From a virus: DNA of 64,000 nucleotides. The notes under the pieces were generated by a model. The model had not been told where the DNA came from and made no database searches. It saw only the letters and a list, made by a program, of their open reading frames with translations. A program made the translations under genes and the position numbers. This document shows, in pieces, positions 9,680 to 18,759 of this stretch. Each line of letters starts with the position of its first letter. Position 1 is the stretch's first letter. The stretch is taken from positions 16,845 through 80,844 of the IMG/VR virus record IMGVR_UViG_3300029319_008461, one strand, 5' to 3'.

Positions 9680-10633
9680 ATGAAACTAACATTTGATGAC
9701 ATCATAGACAAACATAAAGGAGAGACGTGCGTCATTTCTTTGCACGGCCCAAGCTTGGAGCCTTATATAGAAAAGATCCAAGAACTACAGAGAGATAACA
9801 AAATTACCAGATTCTCTGTCAATGAGTGGTTTGATTACTTTGAGGAAAAACCAGACTATTGGGTGGTATCAAATACAGAGTTTAATATAAGGGACTCTAT
9901 TCTTAATGAGAACATTTGGAAACTTAGAAAATATCCGGTCGATGTTTTCAACACATATAAAGTTCCGTTGTTCTATAATAAGGCGGCGGATCTCACTGAC
10001 CCCTCTTTTGTGGATGATAATTTAAAGTTTGATTATCTCCCGTATGACAACAAGCACTTCAAGGGGCATGGTTGCATTGAGATACTTAAAAACTTCAAAA
10101 ATTATTACGAAGAGAACAAAAATTTAAATTTTGAAATGTATGGCAACAACAAGCAAATGTGGCAGTTTCCTGACACAAAAAATGAAAACGTTAACGAGTT
10201 TTGTGCCCACGTCCACGCTGGACTAGCAGGCGGTTGGTCAAGGACAGGCCACTGTTGTCATCTTAAGGATGATAATCCAACACTACAAGAGAAACTACAA
10301 CAATATTCAGGACATGATCGCCATTGTGGAGTTGGACAAACTGTGGGGTTGTTTTGTGTGGCTTTTGCCATATTGATGGGGTTTAAAAAAATATACATTG
10401 TAGGGCTTGACTTAGATTATTCTTTGGGGTATGCTGAGGGGTACCCTGAAGACAAAAACTATTATGTCCCTAATGTTGCACAAGTTGGTCACTGGAGATA
10501 TGTGTACAAAGACTTTTTGACTGATGATATGAAAATTTTACGGGAAAGTGCTGCCCTAAAAGGCACAGAGATTATTAACCTAAACAAAGAAGCATGGTAT
10601 GATGAATTTACCAAAGGAGATTTAAAGGTATGA
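9680..10633 (+). CDS. Putative Maf/DUF115- or GT42-like nonulosonate transferase
   Basis: HKGETCVISLHGPSL resembles the GNGPSL motif, and MGFKKIYIVGLDLDY resembles the GYKEIYLxGxDF motif. It lies directly upstream of neuB and neuA. Confidence 0.55.
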   Translation: MKLTFDDIIDKHKGETCVISLHGPSLEPYIEKIQELQRDNKITRFSVNEWFDYFEEKPDYWVVSNTEFNIRDSILNENIWKLRKYPVDVFNTYKVPLFYNKAADLTDPSFVDDNLKFDYLPYDNKHFKGHGCIEILKNFKNYYEENKNLNFEMYGNNKQMWQFPDTKNENVNEFCAHVHAGLAGGWSRTGHCCHLKDDNPTLQEKLQQYSGHDRHCGVGQTVGLFCVAFAILMGFKKIYIVGLDLDYSLGYAEGYPEDKNYYVPNVAQVGHWRYVYKDFLTDDMKILRESAALKGTEIINLNKEAWYDEFTKGDLKV

Positions 10634-11466
10634 GTGTTTTTGTAATTGCAGAAATCGGTATTAACCACAACGGCAGCCTGGATATCGCTAAGCAGCTTAT
10701 TAGTGAGGCCGCAGCAGCAGGTTGTGATGCAGTTAAGTTCCAAAAAAGAACTATTGAAAAAGTTTATTCAAAGGAGGAGCTTGATAAGCCAAGAGAGAGC
10801 CCTTGGGGGACAACAAACAGAGAACAAAAGAATGGATTAGAATTTACCGAATCTGACTATGAGCAGATTGACGCTTACTGCAAAGAAAAGAATATTGAAT
10901 GGTTCGCATCTGCTTGGGATGTTGATAGTCAAATTTTCATGCGTCGGTTTAATTGTAAATACAATAAAGTTGCGTCGGCTATGCTTACACACAGAGAACT
11001 TCTAGAAGAAATTGCATCTGAAAAGAAACATACTTTTATTTCTACTGGAATGAGTACACTTGAACAAATTGATAAGGTAGTTGAAATTTTTAAAAGCCAC
11101 GACTGCTCTTTTGAACTTATGCATTGTAACAGCACCTACCCGATGCAACTTGAAGATGCAAATCTGCGTGTGATGCACACGCTGCAAGATAGGTACGGTT
11201 GTAATGTTGGATACAGTGGCCACGAAACAGGTATTATTATTAGTTGTGCTGCTGTTGCCATTGGTGCCTCATCTTTGGAAAGACACATTACTCTTGACCG
11301 AGCGATGTATGGATCAGATCAGTCTGCGTCCTTGGAGATCGTTGGACTTAAAAGAATGATGGATTATGTTAGGGATATCATCGCCTGTATGGGTTCTCCC
11401 GAAAAGAAGGTTATGGATACTGAAGTTTCTATCGCTGAGAAGCTACGAAAGGTAGATACTCTGTGA
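10630..11466 (+). CDS. neuB: N-acetylneuraminate/nonulosonate synthase (NeuB family), short form without the C-terminal SAF domain
   Basis: IAEIGINHNG, AVKFQKR, HCNSTYP, GYSGHE, and ERHITLDR; only 278 aa. Confidence 0.93.
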   Translation: MSVFVIAEIGINHNGSLDIAKQLISEAAAAGCDAVKFQKRTIEKVYSKEELDKPRESPWGTTNREQKNGLEFTESDYEQIDAYCKEKNIEWFASAWDVDSQIFMRRFNCKYNKVASAMLTHRELLEEIASEKKHTFISTGMSTLEQIDKVVEIFKSHDCSFELMHCNSTYPMQLEDANLRVMHTLQDRYGCNVGYSGHETGIIISCAAVAIGASSLERHITLDRAMYGSDQSASLEIVGLKRMMDYVRDIIACMGSPEKKVMDTEVSIAEKLRKVDTL

Positions 11467-12203
11467 GTAGAATAAATGCCTTAATACCTGCAAGGGGCGG
11501 TAGTAAAGGTGTGCCCAAGAAGAATATTAAACTTCTTCACGGTCATCCGCTAATAGCTTATTCGATCATTGCTTGTCAACAATCAAAAATGATCGATAAA
11601 GTTATTGTATCTACAGATGATCAAGAAATTGCTAATGTGGCTTTGCAGTACGGGGCAGAAGTTCCATTCTTGAGGCCATCTGAATTAGCTGGCGACCGAT
11701 CTAGGGACGAGGAAGTGATACAACACTACTTTGATTCTCTAGGCGGGTCTGATATTGCTTATGTCAGGCCTACTACACCTCTAAGAGATCCAGAAGTAAT
11801 AGACGAAGAGATTAAAAGATATTTTCACACTAAGATACTTGTTTCGACTGGTGTAAGGTCAATGCATAAGTTGCCTGAATCTCCCCACAAGATGTTTCAA
11901 CTTGATAAGAACGGTTACTGTTGTGGTTTTTTTGAGGACTTCAAGGGAGAAAAAAATTATACAAACTTACCAAGACAAGTGTTTCCAGCAGCCTATCAAC
12001 CAAATGGTTATTTGGACATTGTAAAGAGAGTTACACTTCAAGATGGTGATGCGTTTGGCGAAACAGTCTTGCCTATAATCACTGATTTTGTTTTGGAGGT
12101 TGATACTGAATATGAGTTTGAACTTATAGATTATCATCTGGCCACAAGAGGTCATAAGTTGTTGGATAAATTAAATGAAGCAAAAAGTAAAAACGAATCA
12201 TAG
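11463..12203 (+). CDS. neuA: Acylneuraminate cytidylyltransferase (CMP-nonulosonate synthetase)
   Basis: IPARGGSKGVPKKNI, VSTDD, FLRPSELA, and PTTPLR; GTG start. Confidence 0.93.
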   Translation: MSRINALIPARGGSKGVPKKNIKLLHGHPLIAYSIIACQQSKMIDKVIVSTDDQEIANVALQYGAEVPFLRPSELAGDRSRDEEVIQHYFDSLGGSDIAYVRPTTPLRDPEVIDEEIKRYFHTKILVSTGVRSMHKLPESPHKMFQLDKNGYCCGFFEDFKGEKNYTNLPRQVFPAAYQPNGYLDIVKRVTLQDGDAFGETVLPIITDFVLEVDTEYEFELIDYHLATRGHKLLDKLNEAKSKNES

Positions 12204-13440
12204 ATCCATAAACGATGGTTACCGTTTAAAACAAAACAAATTACACGACAAACGACACTCTACAGAGACCGAGGCAAACGGACACCAGGTGCCGGTTGTC
12301 TGGGATCGTGCATACGACTACAATGTCTTTGATAAGGACGGTAACAAATGGATTGATATGACCTCTGGTATATTTGTTACTAATGCTGGACATGCCAATC
12401 CACAAATTAAAAAAGCTATCAAAGATCAGGTTGATGCCGATCTAATATTTGCTTACCAGTATATAACCGAGATAAGACAGGAGTATGTTAACAAGCTTTT
12501 AGAAGCCTCTCCTAATCACTTTGAAAAATCGATACTTCTTAACACTGGTTCTGAGGCTACTGATGCAGCCTATCGACTGGTTAAATCTTGGGCAAAAAAG
12601 AACAACAAAAAATATATTATAACTTTCAACGGTAGTTATCACGGAAGAGTTCTCGGTTCGGCCTTTATATGTGGGTCCAAGGACGCAACAGAGTGGTCTT
12701 CTATGGTAGATGATGATGTGGTGTTTATAGACTTTCCTATAGATCCAGATGCTGAGTTTGATCCTAGCATCCTGCCACCCGCTGATCAGATCGCAGCATT
12801 TTTCCTAGAGACGTACCAAGGTTGGGCTGCTTGGATGTATCCACCTCAATATATTCAAGCTCTTTACAAGTTTGCAAGAGACAACGGAGCACTTGTTTGT
12901 TTTGATGAGGTCCAGTCAGGGTTCTATAGGATGGGTGAGTTGTATGGATACATGACCTATGGTGACAACATTGAGCCAGATCTTATTTGTCTTGGAAAAG
13001 GAATATCATCGTCAATTCCTATGTCAGCTATACTTGGCACAAAAGAAATTATTGATGTTGATCTAAATGCTAATCTAAGTGGTACACATGCTGGAAATAC
13101 TTTGGGGTGTGCAGCCTGTTTAGCAAACATAAAATTCTTAACAGATAAAAAGTTTCAAAAGGAACTTAACAAAAGAATACAGGTTTTTGAAAAGAGAAGT
13201 CACAAACTTCTAGACTATGATTGTGTCACTAATGTTAACGCTAGGGGTATGGTGGCCGGTATTGTTTTTGACACAACAGAAAGAACAAATAAAATTGTTA
13301 CTGATTGTATTGAAAATGGAGTCCTGCCGGTCTGTACTTTTAGAGAGTCAATAAAATTAGGACCGCCACTAACTTTACCCATTGAAGCTATTGACGAAGC
13401 TTTTGACGTAATAGAGCAATGTATCAATAAGAACATATAG
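12175..13440 (+). CDS. Class III PLP-dependent aminotransferase
   Basis: DGNKWIDM, NTGSEA, SYHGR, FDEVQSGF, PDLICLGK, and GTHAGN. Confidence 0.9.
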   Translation: MKQKVKTNHRSINDGYRLKQNKLHDKRHSTETEANGHQVPVVWDRAYDYNVFDKDGNKWIDMTSGIFVTNAGHANPQIKKAIKDQVDADLIFAYQYITEIRQEYVNKLLEASPNHFEKSILLNTGSEATDAAYRLVKSWAKKNNKKYIITFNGSYHGRVLGSAFICGSKDATEWSSMVDDDVVFIDFPIDPDAEFDPSILPPADQIAAFFLETYQGWAAWMYPPQYIQALYKFARDNGALVCFDEVQSGFYRMGELYGYMTYGDNIEPDLICLGKGISSSIPMSAILGTKEIIDVDLNANLSGTHAGNTLGCAACLANIKFLTDKKFQKELNKRIQVFEKRSHKLLDYDCVTNVNARGMVAGIVFDTTERTNKIVTDCIENGVLPVCTFRESIKLGPPLTLPIEAIDEAFDVIEQCINKNI

Positions 13441-13442
13441 TT

Positions 13443-13865
13443 ATGTTAAATATTAGACACACTGGAATAGTTGTAACAGATATGCAGAAGTCCATAGACT
13501 TCTACGAGAGTCTGGGGTTTGAGATAAAAAAAGATATGATAGAGTCTGGTCCTTATATTGATAGTTTACTTTCTATAGATGGTGGCGAGGTCAACACAGT
13601 TAAAATGAGTTTGAGGGATGGGGGTATGGTGGAACTTCTTCATTTTAAGAACCATCAAGAGGAACCGACACCTGGTAGTTTAACTAATATTGGTTGCACT
13701 CATTTTGCCATGACTGTTGACAATCTGGAAGAAACATATAATAATCTTGTAATATCGGGGGTTGAGTTTGTTAGCGAGCCACAGTTTTCACCAGATGGCT
13801 TTGCGAGAGTTGTGTTTTGTAAGGACCCCGATGGAACTTTTATAGAGTTAGTAGAGGAAGTTTGA
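13443..13865 (+). CDS. VOC/glyoxalase-family protein
   Basis: HTGIVVTD...VELL...HFAMTVD...DPDGTFIELVE metal-ligand pattern. Confidence 0.9.
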   Translation: MLNIRHTGIVVTDMQKSIDFYESLGFEIKKDMIESGPYIDSLLSIDGGEVNTVKMSLRDGGMVELLHFKNHQEEPTPGSLTNIGCTHFAMTVDNLEETYNNLVISGVEFVSEPQFSPDGFARVVFCKDPDGTFIELVEEV

Positions 13866-14638
13866 TGAAACTTGGAATGATACAAGGACGGTTGCTTAGG
13901 CCGGAGGACGGTGGTATTCAGGAATTTCCATCTTGTTGGAAAGAGGAATTTGATAGAGCAAAAAGCTTAGGTCTTAATCACATTGAATGGATTGTAACAA
14001 CTAGATCTTTCAGTTATAATGCGATTTTTTCTAAGGACTGTTCTGAGTTTCCAATCAGTTCCTTGTGTGCCGATAATCTTGTTGACGATAGATTCACTCA
14101 GAGTGATTTCTTGCGTGATAATTTAGATCCAATTTGCAAAGCTGCTATTGACAATAGTGTCATGTGGGTTACTGTACCGCTACTAGAGAAGAGTGCTATA
14201 CACGACGCACAAAAAAGACAAGCGTTCAAGCAGGAGATATTAAAGTATGCCGAAAGATATCCAAGGTTAAATTTTTCGTTCGAGGCCGAAACCACAGCAG
14301 AGAATGTTTTGGATATAGTCAAGGAGAATAAGAATTTTTGGATCACTTATGACACAGGGAATATAACCTCTGAAAGAATTGATCACAAGGATTACATCCA
14401 AAAAACACACAACAGGATAAGCAATGTGCATTTGAAGGATAGGACATTTGATGCTAAAACTGTTATACCTTTGAGCGGTGATACTCCCTTTGATGACATT
14501 TTTAACACTTTGTCAACCGTAAACTATAATAACCTATACACTATGCAGACTGCTCGTGGTGTTACGGGCTCTGAATTAATGACTATGAAACAACATAAGA
14601 ATATTTTTGAAAGGATTTATCATGCAGCGAACCCCTGA
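13865..14638 (+). CDS. Sugar-phosphate isomerase/epimerase (xylose-isomerase-like TIM barrel)
   Basis: LGMIQGRL, IEW, FEAE, YDTGN, and VHLKDR. Confidence 0.8.
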   Translation: MKLGMIQGRLLRPEDGGIQEFPSCWKEEFDRAKSLGLNHIEWIVTTRSFSYNAIFSKDCSEFPISSLCADNLVDDRFTQSDFLRDNLDPICKAAIDNSVMWVTVPLLEKSAIHDAQKRQAFKQEILKYAERYPRLNFSFEAETTAENVLDIVKENKNFWITYDTGNITSERIDHKDYIQKTHNRISNVHLKDRTFDAKTVIPLSGDTPFDDIFNTLSTVNYNNLYTMQTARGVTGSELMTMKQHKNIFERIYHAANP

Positions 14639-15449
14639 TTTATTTGACTTGTCCGGTAAAACAGCGCTAATCACTGGCGCTGGCGGATTGCTGGGACCTA
14701 AACACGCAGAGGCTCTTATTGAGTGTGGCGCACAGGTGATCATCACAGATCACCACGAGGATCGTGCTGTTGCCCGTGCAGAAGAATTGAATGAAAAGTA
14801 TGGCAAACTTGTGGCCACGTCGCATCGGATGGACGTAACTAATAAGTTAGAAATCGAAAATGTTTTTTCTAAGTACGATACGATTGATATCTTAATTAAC
14901 AATGCTGCTAAGGACCCAAAAGTAAAAAAAGATGGTGGACTTAAACCAGACTCTAGATTTGAAACTATGTCCGAGGAATACTGGTCGGAGGGCATTGATG
15001 CCGCCGTTAATGGAACTTTTTTATGCTCCCAGGTTGCCGCAAATAAAATGCTGCAAAACGATACGCCTGGTGTTATCCTAAACATATCATCAGATCTTGG
15101 TGTAATTGCTCCAGACCAGAGGATCTATAGAAAGCCGGGAGTAGAGGAGGACATGCAAAATGTTAAGCCCATTACTTATTCGGCAGCCAAATGGGCAATC
15201 GTTGGTATGACAAAGTATTTGGCCGTTTACTTTGCGAACAAGAATATTCGTGTAAACTGCTTAAGTCCAACCGGCGTGTTCAACAACCATCCAGAGGAGT
15301 TTGTTAAAAAGCTTTCTGGAATTATTCCAATGGGACGAATGGCTCACATTGACGAGTACAAAGGTGCTATTGCATTTTTGTGTTCTGATGCTAGCACATA
15401 TATGACTGGCGAAAACATGGTTATTGATGGGGGCAAAACAGTATGGTAA
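14622..15449 (+). CDS. Classical SDR oxidoreductase (similar in type to PtmA of nonulosonate clusters)
   Basis: TGAGGLLG, INNAA, YSAAK, IRVNCLSP, and TGENMVIDGG. Confidence 0.88.
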   Translation: MQRTPDLFDLSGKTALITGAGGLLGPKHAEALIECGAQVIITDHHEDRAVARAEELNEKYGKLVATSHRMDVTNKLEIENVFSKYDTIDILINNAAKDPKVKKDGGLKPDSRFETMSEEYWSEGIDAAVNGTFLCSQVAANKMLQNDTPGVILNISSDLGVIAPDQRIYRKPGVEEDMQNVKPITYSAAKWAIVGMTKYLAVYFANKNIRVNCLSPTGVFNNHPEEFVKKLSGIIPMGRMAHIDEYKGAIAFLCSDASTYMTGENMVIDGGKTVW

Positions 15450-15808
15450 ACAAAGTTTCACTAGATATGAAACACGTTGACAAAGGATGGGGCTTTGAAC
15501 GTTGGATTGTTAATAAAGAAGAATATTGTGGCAAGTTACTATTCTTTAATAAAGATAAAAGATGTTCTTGGCATTACCATAAAATAAAAGATGAAGTTTT
15601 TTATTTGCAGTCTGGTAAAATGATTGTAAAGTATGGAGACACAGATAGTCTCGAAGAGGCCAATGAGATAGTCCTTAACCCAGGAGACAACTTCTATGTT
15701 TATGTGGGACTAAGACATCAAATGATAGCGTTAGAAGATTCAGAATTGTTTGAGTTTTCAACACAGCATTTTGATAGTGATAGTTATAGGGTGGTAAAAG
15801 GTGACTAA
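15443..15808 (+). CDS. Cupin (mannose-6-phosphate-isomerase-like)
   Basis: KGWG...SWHYHKIKDEVFY...RHQM cupin motif. Confidence 0.8.
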   Translation: MVNKVSLDMKHVDKGWGFERWIVNKEEYCGKLLFFNKDKRCSWHYHKIKDEVFYLQSGKMIVKYGDTDSLEEANEIVLNPGDNFYVYVGLRHQMIALEDSELFEFSTQHFDSDSYRVVKGD

Positions 15809-16724
15809 GAAAATAAAAGTAAATCTATTTGATAGTTTAGCTCCTGATTTTTATGATGAGTATTGGGGCTTTCATAATTTTTCAAGCGAGTTTGAACCCA
15901 CCAAGGTTGAGTGGCTAAAACAAAATATTGGGATGGGTTATCCTGAGTTTGATGGTATTACAGTATTCACAGATAAAAACATAGTTGACCCTTGGGTTGA
16001 CAAAGTTAAATCAAAATACAAGGTTGCCTTTCTTGTTGAGTGTCGTGGTGTACACGACTGGGCCTACGAACAAATAAAGCGAGTTGAACATAAATTTGAT
16101 CGTATCTTTACTTTTGATGAAGAGTTGTTAGCAAGAAGTGATAAGTATGTGAAAAATCTGATTGGAACGTCAAGAGTTTCAAATGAGGATGCCGGTATTC
16201 ATGCAAAAAGTAAAATGCTATCAATGATCGCCTCCAAACAAGTTTTAACTCGTGGTCACAGATTGAGACACAAGGTAGCAGACGCCATTAAAGGAAGGTA
16301 TGAAGTTGATATGTGGGGAGGGGGATATAGACCCTTTGGAAAAAGTATATCTGGTAGGACCGCTGGGGCTATTAGAGAGGGAAAAAACGAACCTTTACAG
16401 GATTACAGATTCAGTATTACGATTATGAATTCAAGCGAAAATAACTATTTCACAGAAACTTTAGTAGATGTCTTTCGTCAAGGTACTATTCCAATTTTTT
16501 GGGGTTGTCCAAATATCGCAGAGTATTTTAATAAAGATGGTATCTTGCATTTTAACACAGGACAAGAACTATTTGACATACTAGACAATATCTCAGAGGA
16601 TCTCTACGAAAGCAAGCTTGAAGCAGTTAGGGAAAACTATGAACTAGCCAAACAATATGTCTCAATGGATGACACTTTCGCTACAAACTTAATAAACGAA
16701 TTTCCGGAGCTACTAGATGACTAG
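15801..16724 (+). CDS. GT10 (fucosyltransferase-like) glycosyltransferase
   Basis: SMIASKQ...GHRLRH and YRFSITIMNS-x4-YFTE-x-LVD...GTIPIFWG, a variant of the GT10 donor-binding motif. Confidence 0.7.
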   Translation: MTKKIKVNLFDSLAPDFYDEYWGFHNFSSEFEPTKVEWLKQNIGMGYPEFDGITVFTDKNIVDPWVDKVKSKYKVAFLVECRGVHDWAYEQIKRVEHKFDRIFTFDEELLARSDKYVKNLIGTSRVSNEDAGIHAKSKMLSMIASKQVLTRGHRLRHKVADAIKGRYEVDMWGGGYRPFGKSISGRTAGAIREGKNEPLQDYRFSITIMNSSENNYFTETLVDVFRQGTIPIFWGCPNIAEYFNKDGILHFNTGQELFDILDNISEDLYESKLEAVRENYELAKQYVSMDDTFATNLINEFPELLDD

Positions 16725-17115
16725 AAAATATTTACCAACACTTTCAGAGTTGATTGATAGATTATCTATCGCTCAACTTAAGGAGGTGTTTATCACTGAT
16801 CACAAAGAAGAGTATGCGCAAGAGATTAAAGATATCGTTCACGATATAGACTTGTGCCTAAAAGAGACAAAACATCTAAACGCAGAAGTTATTAGAGCCG
16901 TGGTCGTGTTATCTCAGATGAATCTTCACATTTGGCACAATGAATCAAATTATAGAAAAGGCATAAAGGACGGCAATAACTTGGAATTAACTCATGGTCT
17001 TAACGGTATCCGCAATACGGCCAAGAATAAAATTCAAGAGATTGCCGGTGGGCGAAAAGACTACAAAATAGATTGTCTGGCTGCGGAGTTCAAGGACTGG
17101 GATATTAGCTGGTAA
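16717..17115 (+). CDS. Hypothetical helical protein (DUF4254/DUF6165-like)
   Basis: TLSELIDRLSIAQLK...NLHIWHNE...NGIRNTAKNKI pattern, of the kind seen in glycan loci. Confidence 0.45.
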   Translation: MTRKYLPTLSELIDRLSIAQLKEVFITDHKEEYAQEIKDIVHDIDLCLKETKHLNAEVIRAVVVLSQMNLHIWHNESNYRKGIKDGNNLELTHGLNGIRNTAKNKIQEIAGGRKDYKIDCLAAEFKDWDISW

Positions 17116-17117
17116 CA

Positions 17118-17600
17118 ATGTTTTTCCCAGAGGTTAAGATTTTTGAAGCTGATATGTTTAGGGAATATCGTGGAGATATTTGGACAACGTATAAGAAAAA
17201 AACATTCCCAGTAGACTTAGATTTTGTACACGACAAGTTCTCATCCTCCAGGAGAAACGTAATCCGAGGAATACATGGAGACTATAAAACTTGGAAACTA
17301 GTAAGTTGTCTGCAAGGTGAACTGTATTTCGTTGTAGTTGATAACAGAAAAGAATCACAAAATTACCTTAAGTGGGATTGTATGATGCTTGATGACAAAG
17401 ACCGTAGACAGGTTTTGTTACCCCCTGGGTTTGGAAATGGATTTTGTGTGATGAGCGACTCTGCTGTATTTAGTTACAAGTTGGCCTATGAAGGTGAATA
17501 CTCGGACGTCGATCAGCAATTTACCTTAAAATGGAATGATACTCATGTTAACATAAACTGGCCAATAGATAGCCCAATATTACAAGCGAGAGATAAATGA
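17118..17600 (+). CDS. rmlC: dTDP-4-dehydrorhamnose 3,5-epimerase family
   Basis: SRRNVIRGIHG, KLVSC-x-QG, VVVDNR, PPGFGNGF, and WND...NWP. Confidence 0.88.
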   Translation: MFFPEVKIFEADMFREYRGDIWTTYKKKTFPVDLDFVHDKFSSSRRNVIRGIHGDYKTWKLVSCLQGELYFVVVDNRKESQNYLKWDCMMLDDKDRRQVLLPPGFGNGFCVMSDSAVFSYKLAYEGEYSDVDQQFTLKWNDTHVNINWPIDSPILQARDK

Positions 17601-18223
17601 ATATACCTGACCACCTAGAAAAAGTTAGAGAGGTATCTTTAACCCCCCAGGAGTTGATTGATTTTGAAACAAAAGTCAAAGAAACATATGAGGCTGGAAA
17701 AATTAAAGGACCAATCCATCTAGCCAAGAATAATGAAAATGAACTGATAGAAATATTCCAGTACATAAGCCCCGATGATTGGGTTTTTGTTCCCTGGAGA
17801 AATCACTATCACGCTCTTTTGCACGGCGTTGACCCTGACAAATTGTTTAATTCAATTGTAGAAGGTAGAAGTATGGGCACAAATAATTTAAAGCCAAACT
17901 TTTATGCCTCCTCGATTGTTGGTGGTATCATACCTCTTGCACTGGGGGTTGCTTTGGGGATCAAACAGAGAGGTAAAAACAATCGTGTTTGGTGTTTTGT
18001 TGGTGACATGACTATGGAGACTGGTGTGTTCCATGAGGCTTACAAATATAGTAAGAACTTTGATCTACCCATCCAGTGGGTTGTTGAGGATAATGATATG
18101 AGTGTTCACACCCCAACCGATATGGCCTGGGGTAAAAAACAAGAGGTACCTGATGGTGTAATTTATTATAGATATGAAATGGAATATCCTCATCACGGAA
18201 CAGGAAAGTGGGTAAATTTTTAA
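17597..18223 (+). CDS. ThDP-dependent dehydrogenase E1 alpha-like subunit (short)
   Basis: GKIKGPIHL, WRNHYHALLHG, SSIVGG, and GDM...EDN ThDP motif; 208 aa. Confidence 0.82.
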   Translation: MNIPDHLEKVREVSLTPQELIDFETKVKETYEAGKIKGPIHLAKNNENELIEIFQYISPDDWVFVPWRNHYHALLHGVDPDKLFNSIVEGRSMGTNNLKPNFYASSIVGGIIPLALGVALGIKQRGKNNRVWCFVGDMTMETGVFHEAYKYSKNFDLPIQWVVEDNDMSVHTPTDMAWGKKQEVPDGVIYYRYEMEYPHHGTGKWVNF

Positions 18224-18759
18224 TGAAATATAAAAGCGAACTTATCAGATCTATGAACTGGCTTGCTAAGAAGAGAGATACAGTGTTTCTTGGGCAAGCT
18301 TGTAAAGTTAGTGGTCACGCTATTTCTAGCACCTTGGTAGAAGTTCCTGATGAAAAAAGAATTGAACTACCTGTATTTGAGGAAACTCAAATGGGCATCT
18401 CAACAGGTATGGCTCTGGAAGGGTATGTGCCAATTACAATGTATCCTCGATTTGATTTTTTTATTCTAGCTTGCAATCAATTAGTGAATCATCTTGATAA
18501 AATGAGAGATATGTCAAAAGGGGAAATGACTCCTCGTGTTATTATAAGAGTAGCTGTCGGAACAAAGAATCCTATTGATGCGGGACCGCAGCATACTCAA
18601 GATCACACAGAGGCTTTTCGCAGAATGTTAACCGAAGTGAACGTTGTGGATCTTTTTGAGCCAGAGGATATCTTCGCAGCTTTTAAAGAGGCATATGAGA
18701 GGCCTGATTCAAAATCAACACTATTAATTGAACACGGAGAATTTTATGGGACAAAATAG
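18223..18759 (+). CDS. E1 beta/transketolase pyrimidine-binding subunit (short, no C-terminal domain)
   Basis: VFLGQ, ELPVFEETQMGISTGMAL, RFDFFILACNQLVNH, and GPQHTQ. TAATG coupling to the alpha-like gene. Confidence 0.82.
   Translation: MKYKSELIRSMNWLAKKRDTVFLGQACKVSGHAISSTLVEVPDEKRIELPVFEETQMGISTGMALEGYVPITMYPRFDFFILACNQLVNHLDKMRDMSKGEMTPRVIIRVAVGTKNPIDAGPQHTQDHTEAFRRMLTEVNVVDLFEPEDIFAAFKEAYERPDSKSTLLIEHGEFYGTK

Noticed and set aside
17597-18759. Pyruvate dehydrogenase auxiliary metabolic gene
   Set aside because: The subunits are too short, there is no E2 or E3, and the flanking genes are rmlC and colD-like.
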